NCBI GenBank assembly: GCA_023213395.1 | Contig: CM041465.1 | Location: 67,401,741 to 67,465,740, forward strand | Reading direction: 5' to 3' | Length of the DNA: 64,000 nt | Origin: Cycas panzhihuaensis | Taxonomy: Eukaryota; Plantae; Cycadophyta | Part shown: one piece after another, positions 39,784-53,229 of the stretch | Position numbering within the stretch: the first letter of the stretch is position 1 | Layout of the letters: every line of letters begins with the position of its first letter | Program-made: the position numbers and the translations under genes | The notes under the pieces: model-generated | What the model saw: only the letters and a program-made list of their open reading frames with translations | The model's database searches: none | Told to the model about the DNA's origin: nothing

Positions 39784-42700
39784 CTCTTATTGTTATTAAT
39801 TTATTATGTTTATTATATGTTTAATTAGTCATGTGATTATATCATATCCTATTTAATTACACACTTCTGCATAAAGTATTTCAAAAAATTTAACATGTTA
39901 TTAGAGCTCAGGTTAAGAGCTAAAGTGAAGTATAGAGTATATATAAAGATCTTAGTGAGATATTAGACCAAATTTACACATCAAAACCAAGAAGTAGGTT
40001 AATAGAATAGATGAAGAAGACCACACATATATGGTGATGATCTTCAACATTCAAGAATAATCCATACATTCATTATATAAGCTAGCATTAGAAGCTAGTA
40101 TTAAAGGTTTATTTACAAAAAAAAATAAGTTATGTTAATGATATGTAACTAAGATGATTGGTGTATAATGAAGTAATAGTCAAAGTCGCATATAAATTAG
40201 AGGCATATATATTAAACTAATGGTAATATTTATTTTATGAGTTAATTTATAGATATTTATATGCATATAGTTATCCTTTATTTTGAAGCATAAAGTTTAT
40301 AAAGTTAATCAATAAGAGATCATCTAAGTAATATTAATCACCTTTGTAATAGCTAGATGAGAAGCTAGTACTCTCTTATTGAATATAAAATAGGAAGTAG
40401 GACTATAATTTTTATGTGCAATAATTTAAAGGCAACATGAGTAAATAGCTTTTGGTATCAAACAGAAGTAGATATAACACTAAGATTTGATGTATATTTT
40501 TAATTACTATTATGTTAAATAAGCATGAGGTGAGGGCTTTAATATTGTATATTGAGGTAATATATAAGATTATGTTGATATAAACAGATAGTTAATGAAG
40601 AATTTTTAATAGAGTTTAGTTAAAATTTTAATAAAATAGATATAGATGACTCAATTTATGATGTATTGAATGTATTAATAATTAACGTGTGAAGCATGTG
40701 AGAACCTATTTAATATTAGATAGTAAAACACACACGTTGTCATCATGAAATTAATTCCCCTAAGGCATTTAATACATTTCATATAGTGATTATCTATCTC
40801 TAATCAAATGAATTTGATATAGAAAGTTAATGGAATAATAAGGAAAACACCTAGTTGATGAACATAATCACATAATTTGATATATAGCTTCAATGAATAT
40901 TAAATGATGGACAAAGATACCACTTGCTTATTTAAGAGTCTGAAAGCTAGACTTTTATTTAAGAGTTTGAGGATTAGTTGAGTCTTTTATGTTGAGTATG
41001 TTTTTTTACTTAATGTGAGACATGGAGAAAACCCGTAAGTTTTTTTCTTAAAATTAATAATAATGGTTATAAATTATCTATAAAACTAAGTTTAACTATT
41101 GACGAGTTTATTTGATATATGTTTTTCAAATAGAAATTTAATTGTCATATGTAACAAGAGGTGTGGAAACATATTATTATACGTTATCTTATTATAACTA
41201 GATTGGTAAGCCAAGTGGTATGCCTTATTACTAGAGTTAATTGGTTGATAATTGAATTTGATGAGATAGGTTTATAATAAATCTACAAATGCATATGAAA
41301 ATTTATTGATTAAGGTAGCACATATATATCTCGTAGGGAAGAGATAAGAAAGATTCACAAATTACTCTTGTATAACATATTTAACTAGCCACATTATGCT
41401 ATGTTTATTTTATAAAATGGATGAGCCACATATAAGAAATATTTCCTAGATAACTAAATAATATAATAGTTGTTCACCTATGTATTTTAGTAAATTACTA
41501 TTAGTTTACATGGATATCAATGAATTAGTTTATTAATGATTTGATGAGTTTGACCTTGCAACTTATAAATGAAGATATCATGGTGTTGAGAAAGAAACTT
41601 CATACATCATGCGCAATTAAGAGTCATGAGTTACAGTTATTTGATTGATTGATTGATGAATTTATAGGTGGTTGGTATGATACATTATTATGATGTGATA
41701 TGTTGATTACATAAGAAGATTTTCTTAAAGGAGATAAATATAATGAAGATAAGTTTGATATATTGATGCGTAAATGATACAAATGTAATGAGGATATAGA
41801 TGATCAAGTGAAGAACATAAAGATATAAGATGAAGACACAAGGATGAAGGTTTAAAATTTTCTATAAATTAAACACTTAAGGTTTGGAGGGTTGTCTTAG
41901 AAGTATTAGAATGTTAGTTTTCACCAATATCAATGTAATATTTAATTAGTATGTCAAGGTTATCATTGGTTGATATAAAAGTTTTCAACACACATGGTCT
42001 AATTGGTTGATGTAATAATAAAAGATAATTGTATGATGATGAGGTGACACATATACATAAGGGCAATGCTTATTATAAAGAAAAGTAGATCACCTAGTCC
42101 TGTTTGTAAGGATAGGATGACTCATCATGTGGTTCATTGATTAATATTATTAATATAAGATCTTAAAAATAATTGGAGTTGAGTTTTTCTATTCATGAGG
42201 TTTTGATTTTAAACATGATATGTATAGTGTGTATATATTATTAATTGTTATGCCCTTATCCTTATTCATTTATTACATTTTTTATATACTTAATTGATCA
42301 TGTGGTTATATTATATCTTACTTGATTACATACTTCCACATAAAGTGTTTTAGAAAATTTAATACCAATTCCATACTTCTCTTGAGCTTGTAGAATTGTT
42401 CTTTCCAAGGGGAAAGTCTACCCTATTCCCTAAGGATAATAGACTTTAGGCTGACGTATTGGTTGGTCCATTCATAAATCTCTTTGGCCCATTTCTAAAG
42501 TTTAGTGTTTGCCTTAAAAGTGAATCTCTTCAATTCATCTTTAACCTTCTACTTTGTACCATTGATAAATGCGATCTTGTTTACAAACTCATTTACTTTT
42601 AGAGAAAAGGGGTCATGCATGTATATCTATTTAGTACTATATTTTAATAATTATAGGTTCCAAAACCTCCTTAGTGTCCTTAGTATAATTAGTGATAATT

Positions 42701-43393
42701 TTTTCTTGATCCACATTTGAATCTAATATGTCTTTCTATTTAGTGATGAAAGGCCTAGCTACTCTTGACATTATGGCATCTATATATTTCCTAAAAGTAC
42801 TAAACTCATTAGGCTCTTATAATCTTATTTAAGGGAGTCTTGTACCTTATATGACATTTTCTTCAATATGTAGATTCTCTTGTTTAATATGAATAATCTC
42901 TAGATAATATTCTATTAAAATGCATCTTCTCACATCTTAGTAGAGAGAGATGCCCCTGAAGGAAGTAATAACTTTCACTTGCCTATATAATTATTTTATT
43001 AGATTTATACTTTGGCTTTTATTGGTTTCCTTTATGACATTATTATTGATGAGCTAACTTGTTTCATTAGCAAGTGTTAATTTTACTCCTAAGTTTGTAT
43101 GATGTATCATTGATGAGATAATTCCCATGGTGTACATAGAGGGGTAACCTCCTATTCTAGATAGTGCAGAGCCAACATTGGCATGTCCTTATATGATGTT
43201 GTTTGCCTCCTTGAGAAGGACTATAAAGATGTGGGCAATTGAGAAGCATAAGTTCCAAGGTAAAATCAAAGAGTTAGAGGGCCAAGGATAAGGGATAGTG
43301 GCACTAGTTATTATAGCTCCACTCAAGGTACTACCAATAGTAGAGGCACAAAACATCAAACTTCGAGCTTGATTAGATGAGGTCTAAAAATAA

Positions 43394-43417
43394 AGAGAGA
43401 GAGAGAGAGAGAGAGAG
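43394..43417. repeat. (AG)n microsatellite
   Basis: About 12 AG units. Confidence 0.9.
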
Positions 43418-43789
43418 TCATTATAGGCCATGTATGATTTCCTCATAAAATAGGTGGTAGACAAGTCAAGATAAAATCACAAAAATACATCTACATCCAC
43501 TCCACATTAGTAGATGAGGGATGAGAGGAGCAAGGTGGGGCTATCACAATGCCCTACACATAATGTAGGAAGTAGCACTAGGGCACCCACAAGGGACCCT
43601 ACTTAGGAGAAGAGTGACACACCATGAGGTGGTCTTTTAGAGTTAGGGGTTTTTGTTAGAGGTAAGATGGACCTCTAAGGGTTAGAGTGTATGCGTTATA
43701 GAGTCCATTAAGGAATTATAGACCCCTACAAGGATTCTAGCTCTCTCATGAGATTCATATACATAGATCCATTTTTTGTATCATATAAT

Positions 43790-43836
43790 TATATATATAT
43801 ATACATATATATACATACATACATACATACATATAT

Positions 43837-43871
<35 letters not shown>

Positions 43872-43872
43872 T
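43790..43872. repeat. Compound microsatellite (AT)n-(ACAT)n-(AGAT)n
   Basis: Direct reading. Confidence 0.9.
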
Positions 43873-44474
43873 AAGTATCTAATTTATGCTCCCTCATTCT
43901 TTCATTATGTACTCTTGTGTGGATGCATGTGATTAGACTATATCATTTTCATGTGGATGTATAATTTATTTTTATGTACTGTTAAGTTGGTATCACTCTT
44001 ATATATAATATCATGACATATGAAATACACATAACATAATCATTAATCATGTCGGTATGCTTGTGGCTCAATATAATGCAATGGGTAGATGCCAATTTAT
44101 ACTCATGGAGGAGTCTCATGTCCTCATCAGTGAGAAGGGGTGCTTGTCTTAAAGTAAAGGGTGTCATCATGGCCATGTAGTAGAATCACATCCCATGGAT
44201 GTGATGACACAAAAAGTAAATGCACATTCTTTGGTGAATTTTTAGGAATTTTATGATTTTTTTTATAAGTTATTATATAATATTTACAAGTTATAGTTTA
44301 TACTCATGACAGTGTGGGGTGCCCCCATGGGGCACTATCTTATTGATGGCTAAGGATACAATAAGGTAATATGCACAACATGATGAGACGCTACCAATGA
44401 GGGTAATGCATATAACGAACAAAAATAGTTTAAGCTCATTATAAAGTAAAGTGTCCCCTATGGTAGTGTGTCAA

Positions 44475-47250
44475 TAATATTATTTTTTCAAGGATTTACT
44501 TATTGATAGCCTTTTCAAACTCAAGATCCTCTAACATTATAATTTGATAAGATCCATTATCTGAACTCTGCATAATGATAAATGGACTTGCCTATTTTAG
44601 ACCAAAATTTAATAAGTGGTCATGTAAATACTCTATCTTAAGGATTTTATCACCTGAAACTAAGGGTCAGAGATACACATGTTTGTCATGGGTATTTTGT
44701 GCTTTAGCCTTTGATGTTAAATTCACTTTGTAGGTAGTAAGGTATTTCTCATCAAGTGCTTCAAGGTCAAGTAGATAAGCTTGGCATCATCACTTTTCAT
44801 TAATGAAATCTTTTAGTAAAACTTGTTAAGACAAGATTTCCACTTTAAGGTAAAGGATAGCCCTTGATATGTAGACTATGAAGAAAGGGCTCATGCTTGT
44901 AGGTATGCATATAGATGTTCGGTAGGCCCATAAGGTTATGTAGAGTTGTAAATACTAATCTCTTTGAGAGTGGGCTGTAATTTTCTTAAGAATGTTGACC
45001 ATCATTTTATTGAAAGCCTTAATTTAAGCATTAACTTTGGGGTAATAAGGGGATGAGTTCTTATGAGTGATTCAAAATCTATTATAGAGCTCATACATTT
45101 CTTTGTTATAAAACAAGGTCTCGTTATCAATGATTAAGGAATCAAGGACCTTGAGTTAATAAATGATTTATTGGAAGATGAAGGTATGATTATTTTACAT
45201 ATTGTAGAAGAAAGGGGGACCACCTCACCCAAATTTGTAAAGCACTTAGTTGCAATTAAAATGAACTTATATTGGGTTGAGGACATCGATGTTATAGCTC
45301 CTATAAGGTCAAGACCATATTGATAGAATAGACATGATAATACTATAGTATGTAGTGATTTTGATGGTTAGTGATAGTGAGTGGCAGAATACTCTTGGCA
45401 TTTCCAACACCATTACATATATCATCGGTATATTTAAATATGGTAGGCCAAGAAAATCCCACATATAGGATCCTTTAAGCCGTAGATTGGCCCATAAAAT
45501 GGTCTCCACAAATGGTATCATGGCATTCATGGAGGACTTAGTTTATCTTATTTGGTTTGATATATCTTACAAGGTTTCCCTTAAATGACCTTTTATGCAA
45601 CACATCTTATATGAGTAAGTATTGGTAGGTAGTTGCCCTTATGCATAACTTTACTTTCTCACTTGCATCTTAAGGATACCTTTATTGAGTTAGGTACCAA
45701 GCCTCACTAATTGGCCTTTAGCTCTCAATTTACCCAAGGACAAGGATCATTCTGTCAGGTAAAGAGTCATCAATGAGAGCATTTGAGGAATTGGGAAGGG
45801 GTACATGAGCGAGTTACTCAGCCACCACCATCCCTTTCTTAGATTTTTTATTAAAGATTTTAAGGCTATACTTCTATAGAAGAATACTTCCTAGTTTGTT
45901 TAGTCAAATTAGACTACATCATAAGGTAACAAAGTAGATTTAACTAGACAATCATGTTAATTATGTTTTCTAAAATGTAATTCCTTAACTTCTTTATAGT
46001 AAACATGAGTGCTCAACACTCCTTCTCAACAAGAGTATAGCTAATCTCAATGGTGACCAGTATTTGACTTATAAAGTAGATGCCCCTCTTAGTTTTAAAG
46101 TTATCATTTTGGGTGAGAATAGTGCTAATTGATTCATCAATTGATGAAGTGCATAAAATGAATGAATGAGAAACACTAATTGGGCCAAGATAGGGGTAGA
46201 GATAAGGGCATATTTAAGCTCTTGGAATTCCCCTTGGGCTTTATGGGACCACATGAAAAGGGTTCCTTTCTTAGGGAGGCTCTTTAGTAATTTGGTGTTA
46301 AGAGCAAAATCATCCAAGAATCAATGTAGGAAGCCTAGCCTATCCAAAAATGACTTAATTTATCTTTGAGTCTATAGGGGAGGCATCTTTATGATGGCCT
46401 TAACCTTAGCGAGATCAACACAGATCCTTTGTTGAGAGACATAAAAACCCAACAATTTACTAACTATGATGGCAAAGATGCATTTAAGTGGATTGAGGCT
46501 TATGTGGTATTTTCTACACCTAAAAAAAAATTCCTTAGGTCTATAGGGTGATCGACTCTCTTTCATGAGATGCCCATCAAGTCATCCATAAAGATCTTAA
46601 GAATCTTATTAATGAGGTTATGAAAAATGAACTACATGGTGCATTGGTAGGTGGTGCCAACATTCTTGAGACCAACATTTTTTGCTACATAGGTAAACGT
46701 TCCCCAAGGTATAGTGAAAATTATCTTATGATAGTCCTTAGGTGAAATTTCGATCTGATTATATATTAAGAACTTATTTATCAAAGACACAACTTCAAAT
46801 CTAGCAGTTTTGTCAGTGATTTAATCAATGAATAAAAGTGAAAAGTTATCCTTAGATAATGCATTATATATATCCCTAAATTCTACATATATATATATGG
46901 TTTTATTCTTCTTAGCAACTAGCATAATATTAGATACCCACTTGGGATAATTAATAGATGTAATAAGCTCAACATTATGTAGTTTCTCCACTTCCATCTT
47001 TATGGTGGTGGACAATTTAGGATGTGAAGGTCTTTGCTTTTGTCAAATTGGTTTAGCTTTGGGAACTATTATGAGGTTATAAGTGATAATATTAGGGCTT
47101 ATTCCCTTTGTCTCTATATACTCCCATGCAAAAATGTCCCAAAATGCTTGTGACAACCTTTTATATTGGTTAACCTCTTCATGGGAACATTTGATGCCAA
47201 TCTTAATAACCTTATTTAGGGTAAGGATGATGTCTCTTATTTTCCTAGAT
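44475..47250 (-). pseudogene. T2: Tat-type Gypsy pol remnant (RT-RH-INT)
   Basis: EVEKL...YPKWVSNIMLVAKKN...KDNFSL; IFMDDL; LNPLKCIF..SKLLGF; ISTPIL; SSPYYP; LWAYRTS; heavily disrupted; LTRs not resolved. Confidence 0.85.
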
Positions 47251-47281
47251 AAAAGGATATTTCCCTCCTTGAAGTAAGGAG

Positions 47282-47457
47282 GGCCCTAATTAATTTAGGG
47301 ACCAAGAAGAGTTTGGATATTACTAAGGTTATCCAAGGGGGAGTTGATGGCAAGTGGAATCACACCTCTGGCCCTAATTAATTTAGGGACCAAGAAGAGT
47401 TTGGATATTACTAAGGTTATCCAAGGGGGAGTTGATGGCAAGTGGAATCACACCTCT
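47282..47457. repeat. Perfect 88-bp tandem duplication
   Basis: 47282-47369 is identical to 47370-47457. Confidence 0.95.
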
Positions 47458-48384
47458 AGGGGTCACCAGATTTGAAGAGATCAGGCCAATGCAATTAATA
47501 ATCTCATGGTTAAAGGATCTATAGGGGTGAGGCAAATGATCACCCACAAAGGGTTTTAGTACATCAGAACATAAGTTCGAGGACCTGTAAATGGCACACA
47601 AACTTCCCCTAGGGTAAGCACCTTCTCAATTCGAGATGGGCAAGAGAGGGACTTCCTCGGTACCAAGTAGCCTCAAAAGAGACCCTCCTATCCTAGGTGG
47701 CCAAGGAAGGAGGATATAGGTGGGATACACCCTTCTCACATAGAGGGAACAAGTGAAGTAGGTCCTAACTGAAAGAAGAAATACTTACACACAAGCAGCG
47801 GGTGACTGGCAATGTGGATGATGAAGGGGGAGTTGGGCTAAAGGACCAACCTCTAACTGGAGGCAAGGCAAAGTGAGGCCTTACCAGAATAGGGAAGAAG
47901 ACCTTGGGGGAAGTGCCCCTAAGGTGCCTACACCTAAAATAGATAGCTAGATGTAGGGGATGAAGCAATGTATTTTTGTTTCCTTATTTTGGTTATATAG
48001 CAAAGAGATGTAGGGGTATGATTTATCCTTATTTACATTTCGTGCCCAAGTGAAAAAAAAAAAAAACAAACAAATAAAACAACAACTCTCTCTCTTTTCT
48101 TAAGTACTAACCTCCCTCTCCTTATATTTTATAGGCATTAAAGAAATCAGGCAAGCAAGAAGCAAAGGAAAATAGTGCAAGCACTAATGCAAGTCAACCT
48201 AATAGCATGCAGGAGAAGATATGATGTAGGTAGAAGGACTCATAACCTATCACACTCGAATCCTAGCAGAAGCAATAGTTTGAGTGAAGGGAGAAGGGGT
48301 AAGGATGCGATTAGTCAAAAACAAAGCTTATTTATGCAAAACAATTACCTTTCCCCTATATAGCCAAGGAAGTCCTTAAACCTA

Positions 48385-51300
48385 TAATTTTAAGTGTACG
48401 TAAGATCAATTTTCTATGCCTTTTACTGGAAATATTATAAATTATTTGACCAAAGTAAAAGCCATTAGAAACCAATTGATTGTCCTTGGTGATCCATCTT
48501 CTGACCATGATTTAATCTCAAGCATTGTAAACATTCTACCCATAGAATACAACTCCTTTATATCTAAGTTATATGATAATTATTCCAAAATTAACTTTAT
48601 AACCTTTATGGGGCTCTTGCTTTGATAGGAGAATATACTCAACTAACTAGAGGTAACATCAATATCTTACTCAACTCTTAGCTTTATAGCCCAAAACTCA
48701 GAAAAGGACAAGATTGTTAATAGAGAAGCCCACCAACATAGTCATTAATAAGACCTAACTCAACACTTAGACTCTCTCTCTATATTAGAGTTACATTAGC
48801 AACCAACTCAGTAATAACTTGTTGATATCTCCTCCTCCTCTTGTCTAATTCAGTAGTCTCAATAATTGCAATACCAACCATAGGGACCATCTCAAAAGAA
48901 TCAACAGGGTACACTAAATGTCACCTGCCTCTACTGTGGTAAACCAAACATATAGTTGTTGAATATTGGAGATGATAGACTGATCTATAGCTCTTATAGA
49001 ACCAAGGGAGCCAAGCATATGGGCTATTTTATTAATAACCACCCCCCATTTATTAACAAGGAGGACCCTCATACCATCAAGGAGGTCCTAGTTATAATCA
49101 ATAAATAAAAGGGGTTTCTTATCAATAAGGAGGAGCATGCCCTCCTTAAGGAGCCTCTTTTCCATAATAAGGAGGCCCTTATTATCAATAAGATGTTCCT
49201 GTTCAACAACAAGAATGCCTTTTTTACCTACAAGGAGGGCCATCACACTAATCTTAAGGCTAATTCTATTTGCAAAATTAGAATCTAAGACCTATATTAA
49301 GATAAAGACCTTAAAATAAACAACAATTCTCAAACATAAATTAATGGAACTAATAGCGTAATCAACAATAAGATGGTGACATAGGATGTGGTCATAATTC
49401 CTCCTCCCATAACCTATTCCTTAGAGCACTTTCATCACAACTTAATGAGACTACATGGCTCCTTAATTCTGGTGCAATAAGACACATGATAGGTTCTAAA
49501 AATATGTTGGAAGAGACCCAACCAATCAACACCCAAATGGTCACATTTAGGGATAGCTTGACTTACAATGTGACCAAAATTAGTCAGCCACTAATAATAT
49601 TGAAGGACTTCAATATTAGATACCACAATAGCAATTTGTTCCTTGTACTTGGTATGAAGATGAACCTGCTTTCCATCAACCACATGGATAAATAGAACTT
49701 AGATGTCCTCTTTATCTAGGGTATTTACAAAATTATAGACCATGCTATAGGTAGCCTTATATCCATAGGATATGAAGATGGTGGCTTATATAGGCTAGAT
49801 AGTATCCCCCTTGCCACTACTCCACAACATGAATCTTGTTCAATGGCCAACACAACTTAATTTGATAAGGGGAAGGATGTAATTAATGAAGAGTTCCCTT
49901 ACATACAAGAACTAGAAGAATGTTATCATTCAAAGGATGATGTGATTACAAATAGCTCCAAATACCAAATATGGCATCAATGCTTAAGTCATTTGAATAT
50001 GTAAAGCGTAAATATCATGTCTAGGATAAAAATGATATATAACATACCTAAAATTAAGAGATACTACAATATATGTGAGGCCTGCCTAAAGGGAAAGCAG
50101 GAAGGAGAAAAATTCCTTTCTAAGAATGCATGGAGAGCTTGACAACTATTAGAGTTAGTCCACTTTGACATTTATAGCCCTATGTCCATCTAATCTCTCA
50201 ATGGTAGTTAATATTTCATCACCTTCATAGATGACTTCTCATGGAAAGTATGGGTCTATTTTTTAGAAATAAATATTAAGCCCTAGACAGATTCAAAGAG
50301 TTCAAAGTTGCTACTAAAAATAAAAGTGGAATAAAAATCAAGAACCTTAAATTTGATAATGGTGGTAAGTATATTTTAAAGTAGTTCAATAACTTTTACA
50401 AAGAACATGGCATTCAGTATCAATTTTCTACTCCTCACATATCTTAGTAGAATGGTGTAGTTGAAAGGATGAACCGGACTTTAATCAATAAAGGAAAAGT
50501 CATGCTTAGTCTTGCTAACCTTACCACTAGATTTTGGGATGATGCCATTACCATAACTACTAACCTAATCAACATAATTCCCATAGTTGTAGTTAGAAAT
50601 ATTACTCCCAAAGAAGCTTGGTTAGGCTAGAAACCATATGTAGCTCACTTGAGAATCTTTAGATTCATGGCATACAAATATATCCTAAAGGATAGTAGAA
50701 AGAAGCTTAATGACAAGAGCCTTATATAAATCTTTGTTGGATATGTACCTAGTTACAAAGCCTATAAAGTCTTTGACATAGTCAGTAACATAATCAAGTT
50801 TACATGACACTTGATGTAATCTTTATTGAAGAGCCACAGGAACTGACATCTCCTCAACCCCAAATTATAGTAGTAGATGAATTTGGTACATCATAAGTCA
50901 CCCTTGGATAAATTTTAGAGCCACCTATACTAGATTCCTCCTATACTCCTAGTCCATCATCAATTCTAGTAGCTTCTTTATCATCCATTCAAGTAAGCAT
51001 AAACTTATGTTCTATTTCAATTGATGACCTTTAAGTGGAAGCCACTAGCTTTCAGCCACTACCTAAGTGGGTACAATAGCTTTTATAGGATGCTCCTCCT
51101 CCTCCCATATCTACAAAAAGGCCTTCTAAGATGAGACACTCCACAAACTTTACTCATATGCCATATGTTCTTGAAACACCTGAGCCTTCCACATTTAAGG
51201 AGATAGTCTAAGACCAAATAAGGAAAGTAACTATAGATGAAGAGATGAATTCTATCTTAAAAAATGACACTTGGGAGCTAACTAAATTGCCACTTAGAAA

Positions 51301-53089
51301 GAAAATAATTGATTATAGATGGTTATACAAGACAAAGTTCTATACAAATAGTATCATAGACTGTCATAAACCTTGACTTATTGCAAGAGGTTTTAAACAT
51401 CAGGAATGAATTGACTATGATGAGACCTTTGTATCAGTAGTGTACATAACCATATTTTGTTTAGTTATGTCCTTAGCAGCCCAATTTGGATGGCCTATTT
51501 ACTAAATAGATGTGAAGAGTGCTTTCCTTAATGGATAGCTCAAAGAAGAGGTTTTCTTGAAACAACCCCCCGACTATGTTGTTCTAGGATAAGATCACTT
51601 TGTTTGCAGACTTAAGAAAGCCCTTTATAGAATCAAGCAAGTACCACATGCCTAGTATGCAAAGATAGGTAGCTTTCTCACATAACATAGATTTAATAAT
51701 TCACCTTATGGTCTCGATCTCTATATTTAGGTTAGAGACAATTTGATCAACGTCATTATACTTTATGTGGATAACCACATTATCATTGGCAATGATACAT
51801 ATAAAATTTTTCAGCTTCAATTAAAGTTAAAGAGGAATTTTAAGATGACTAACCTTGGCCTGCTCCACTACTTCCTTGAAATTAAAGTTTGGTAAGAACC
51901 AGGACACATCCTCCTAACGCAAACTAAGTATGCTAAAGAACTCTTAGAAAGATTCAGGATGATAAATTATAAGCCTACACTAATTCTCATGGAGATATGA
52001 ACCAAGGAAAACCTTTTAATCCCACCTTTTATTGGCAGTTAGTTAGGAGTCTTATCTATCTCACTTACACTCGTCTGGACATCTCATATGTAGTAGGGAT
52101 CTACTCTAGGTATATGTCATAATCCAAAGCATCTCATTGGAAAGTAGCCAATAAGATTCATAAATATATCTGTGGCACTCATTAGTTTTGCCTTGAGTAT
52201 AACAAGACTAAATCACTTATTCTAAAGGGACATACAAATACTGACTGGGCTACTTGCCAGGAGAAATGCCACTCAACACTAAGCTACTATTTTGACTTGG
52301 ACTCAGCTATAATCTCTTAGTGTTTTCAAAATTAACCCAATGTTTCTCTCTCATCAACTAAAGATTAATATAATGTAGTCATCCATGCTACTATAGAGTT
52401 GATTTGGCTTAGAAGGATTCTTGCTATGCTTAGACTTCAGTAAACTTTACCAACCATCCTATATTATGACAACTAGAGTGTGTTGAAGATGACAAAGAAT
52501 CATATATTCCATACTAGAACTAAGCACATTGAGTTCCACCATTACTTCATCTATGAGCATGTCCAGAATAGAGAAGTTATCACGTTTACCATCCTACTGA
52601 AGACTAAGTTGTAGATATGTTTACTAAAGCACTTAATAGACCAAAGTTTGAATGGTTTAGATTTGACCTTGACATCCAAAGAAATGAAGTTGCTATTAAG
52701 GAAGGGTATTAAAATAACTAATATCATCTCATTTCTTCTTAGCTATATATCTTATTGTATATATTATACTAAAGGACCATTTGATATAATTTAATTAGTT
52801 TGTATAGTGAGGTTAGATCCATCTCTTGTGCCTTTAAGTCAACTTATCAAAATGCATTATTATCTTAGCAAATGGCTATAAATATTATCATATATATTTG
52901 TAAAATATATGGTTCTATAATTAATGTGGAAGCTCTACTCAATAGAGAGCCTATAATGTGATGAATTCACATGTAATCTTACTTGCTCATTGTGTTAAGT
53001 TTATTTGTGTATTGTGTTAATTATTTATTATTGTATTGCTCATTATACTTGAATCAAGGTACACACATAAAGATTATGATATTTTAATA
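48385..53089 (+). mobile_element. 5'-truncated Ty1/Copia element, family C copy 2
   Basis: gag (YLTKVKAIRNQL..LPIEYNSF), CLYCGKP knuckle, WLLNSGAIRHM, WHQCLSHL, FIDDFS, DVKSAFLNG, LYVDN, RTKHIE; PPT aaggaaggg; 3' LTR 52707-53089. Confidence 0.9.
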
Positions 53090-53229
53090 TAGTTGTCTAA
53101 ATATAAAGATAAAAAAGAGAAAGATAAAGTGAAAGTTAAAATAAAATAAATGTAAAGTGATAAAGATGAAAGTGTAGAACCCAACTCAACTAAGAAATAA
53201 ATTATTTTTTCCAATCCCTCATCAAAGTG

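Larger units (their letters stand above)
13505..42364 (+). mobile_element. E2: non-autonomous, non-coding LTR element related to E1, with its 5' LTR split by T1
   Basis: 5' LTR = 13505-13824 + 39784-39895; degenerate PBS tgttattagagc at 39896-39907; internal region 39908-41885; PPT ggagggttg at 41886-41894; 3' LTR 41895-42364; perfect TSD CCAAT at 13500-13504 and 42365-42369. Confidence 0.8.

Noticed and set aside
47284-47300. CCCTAA...TTAGGG as a telomeric remnant
   Set aside because: Single units only; not an array.
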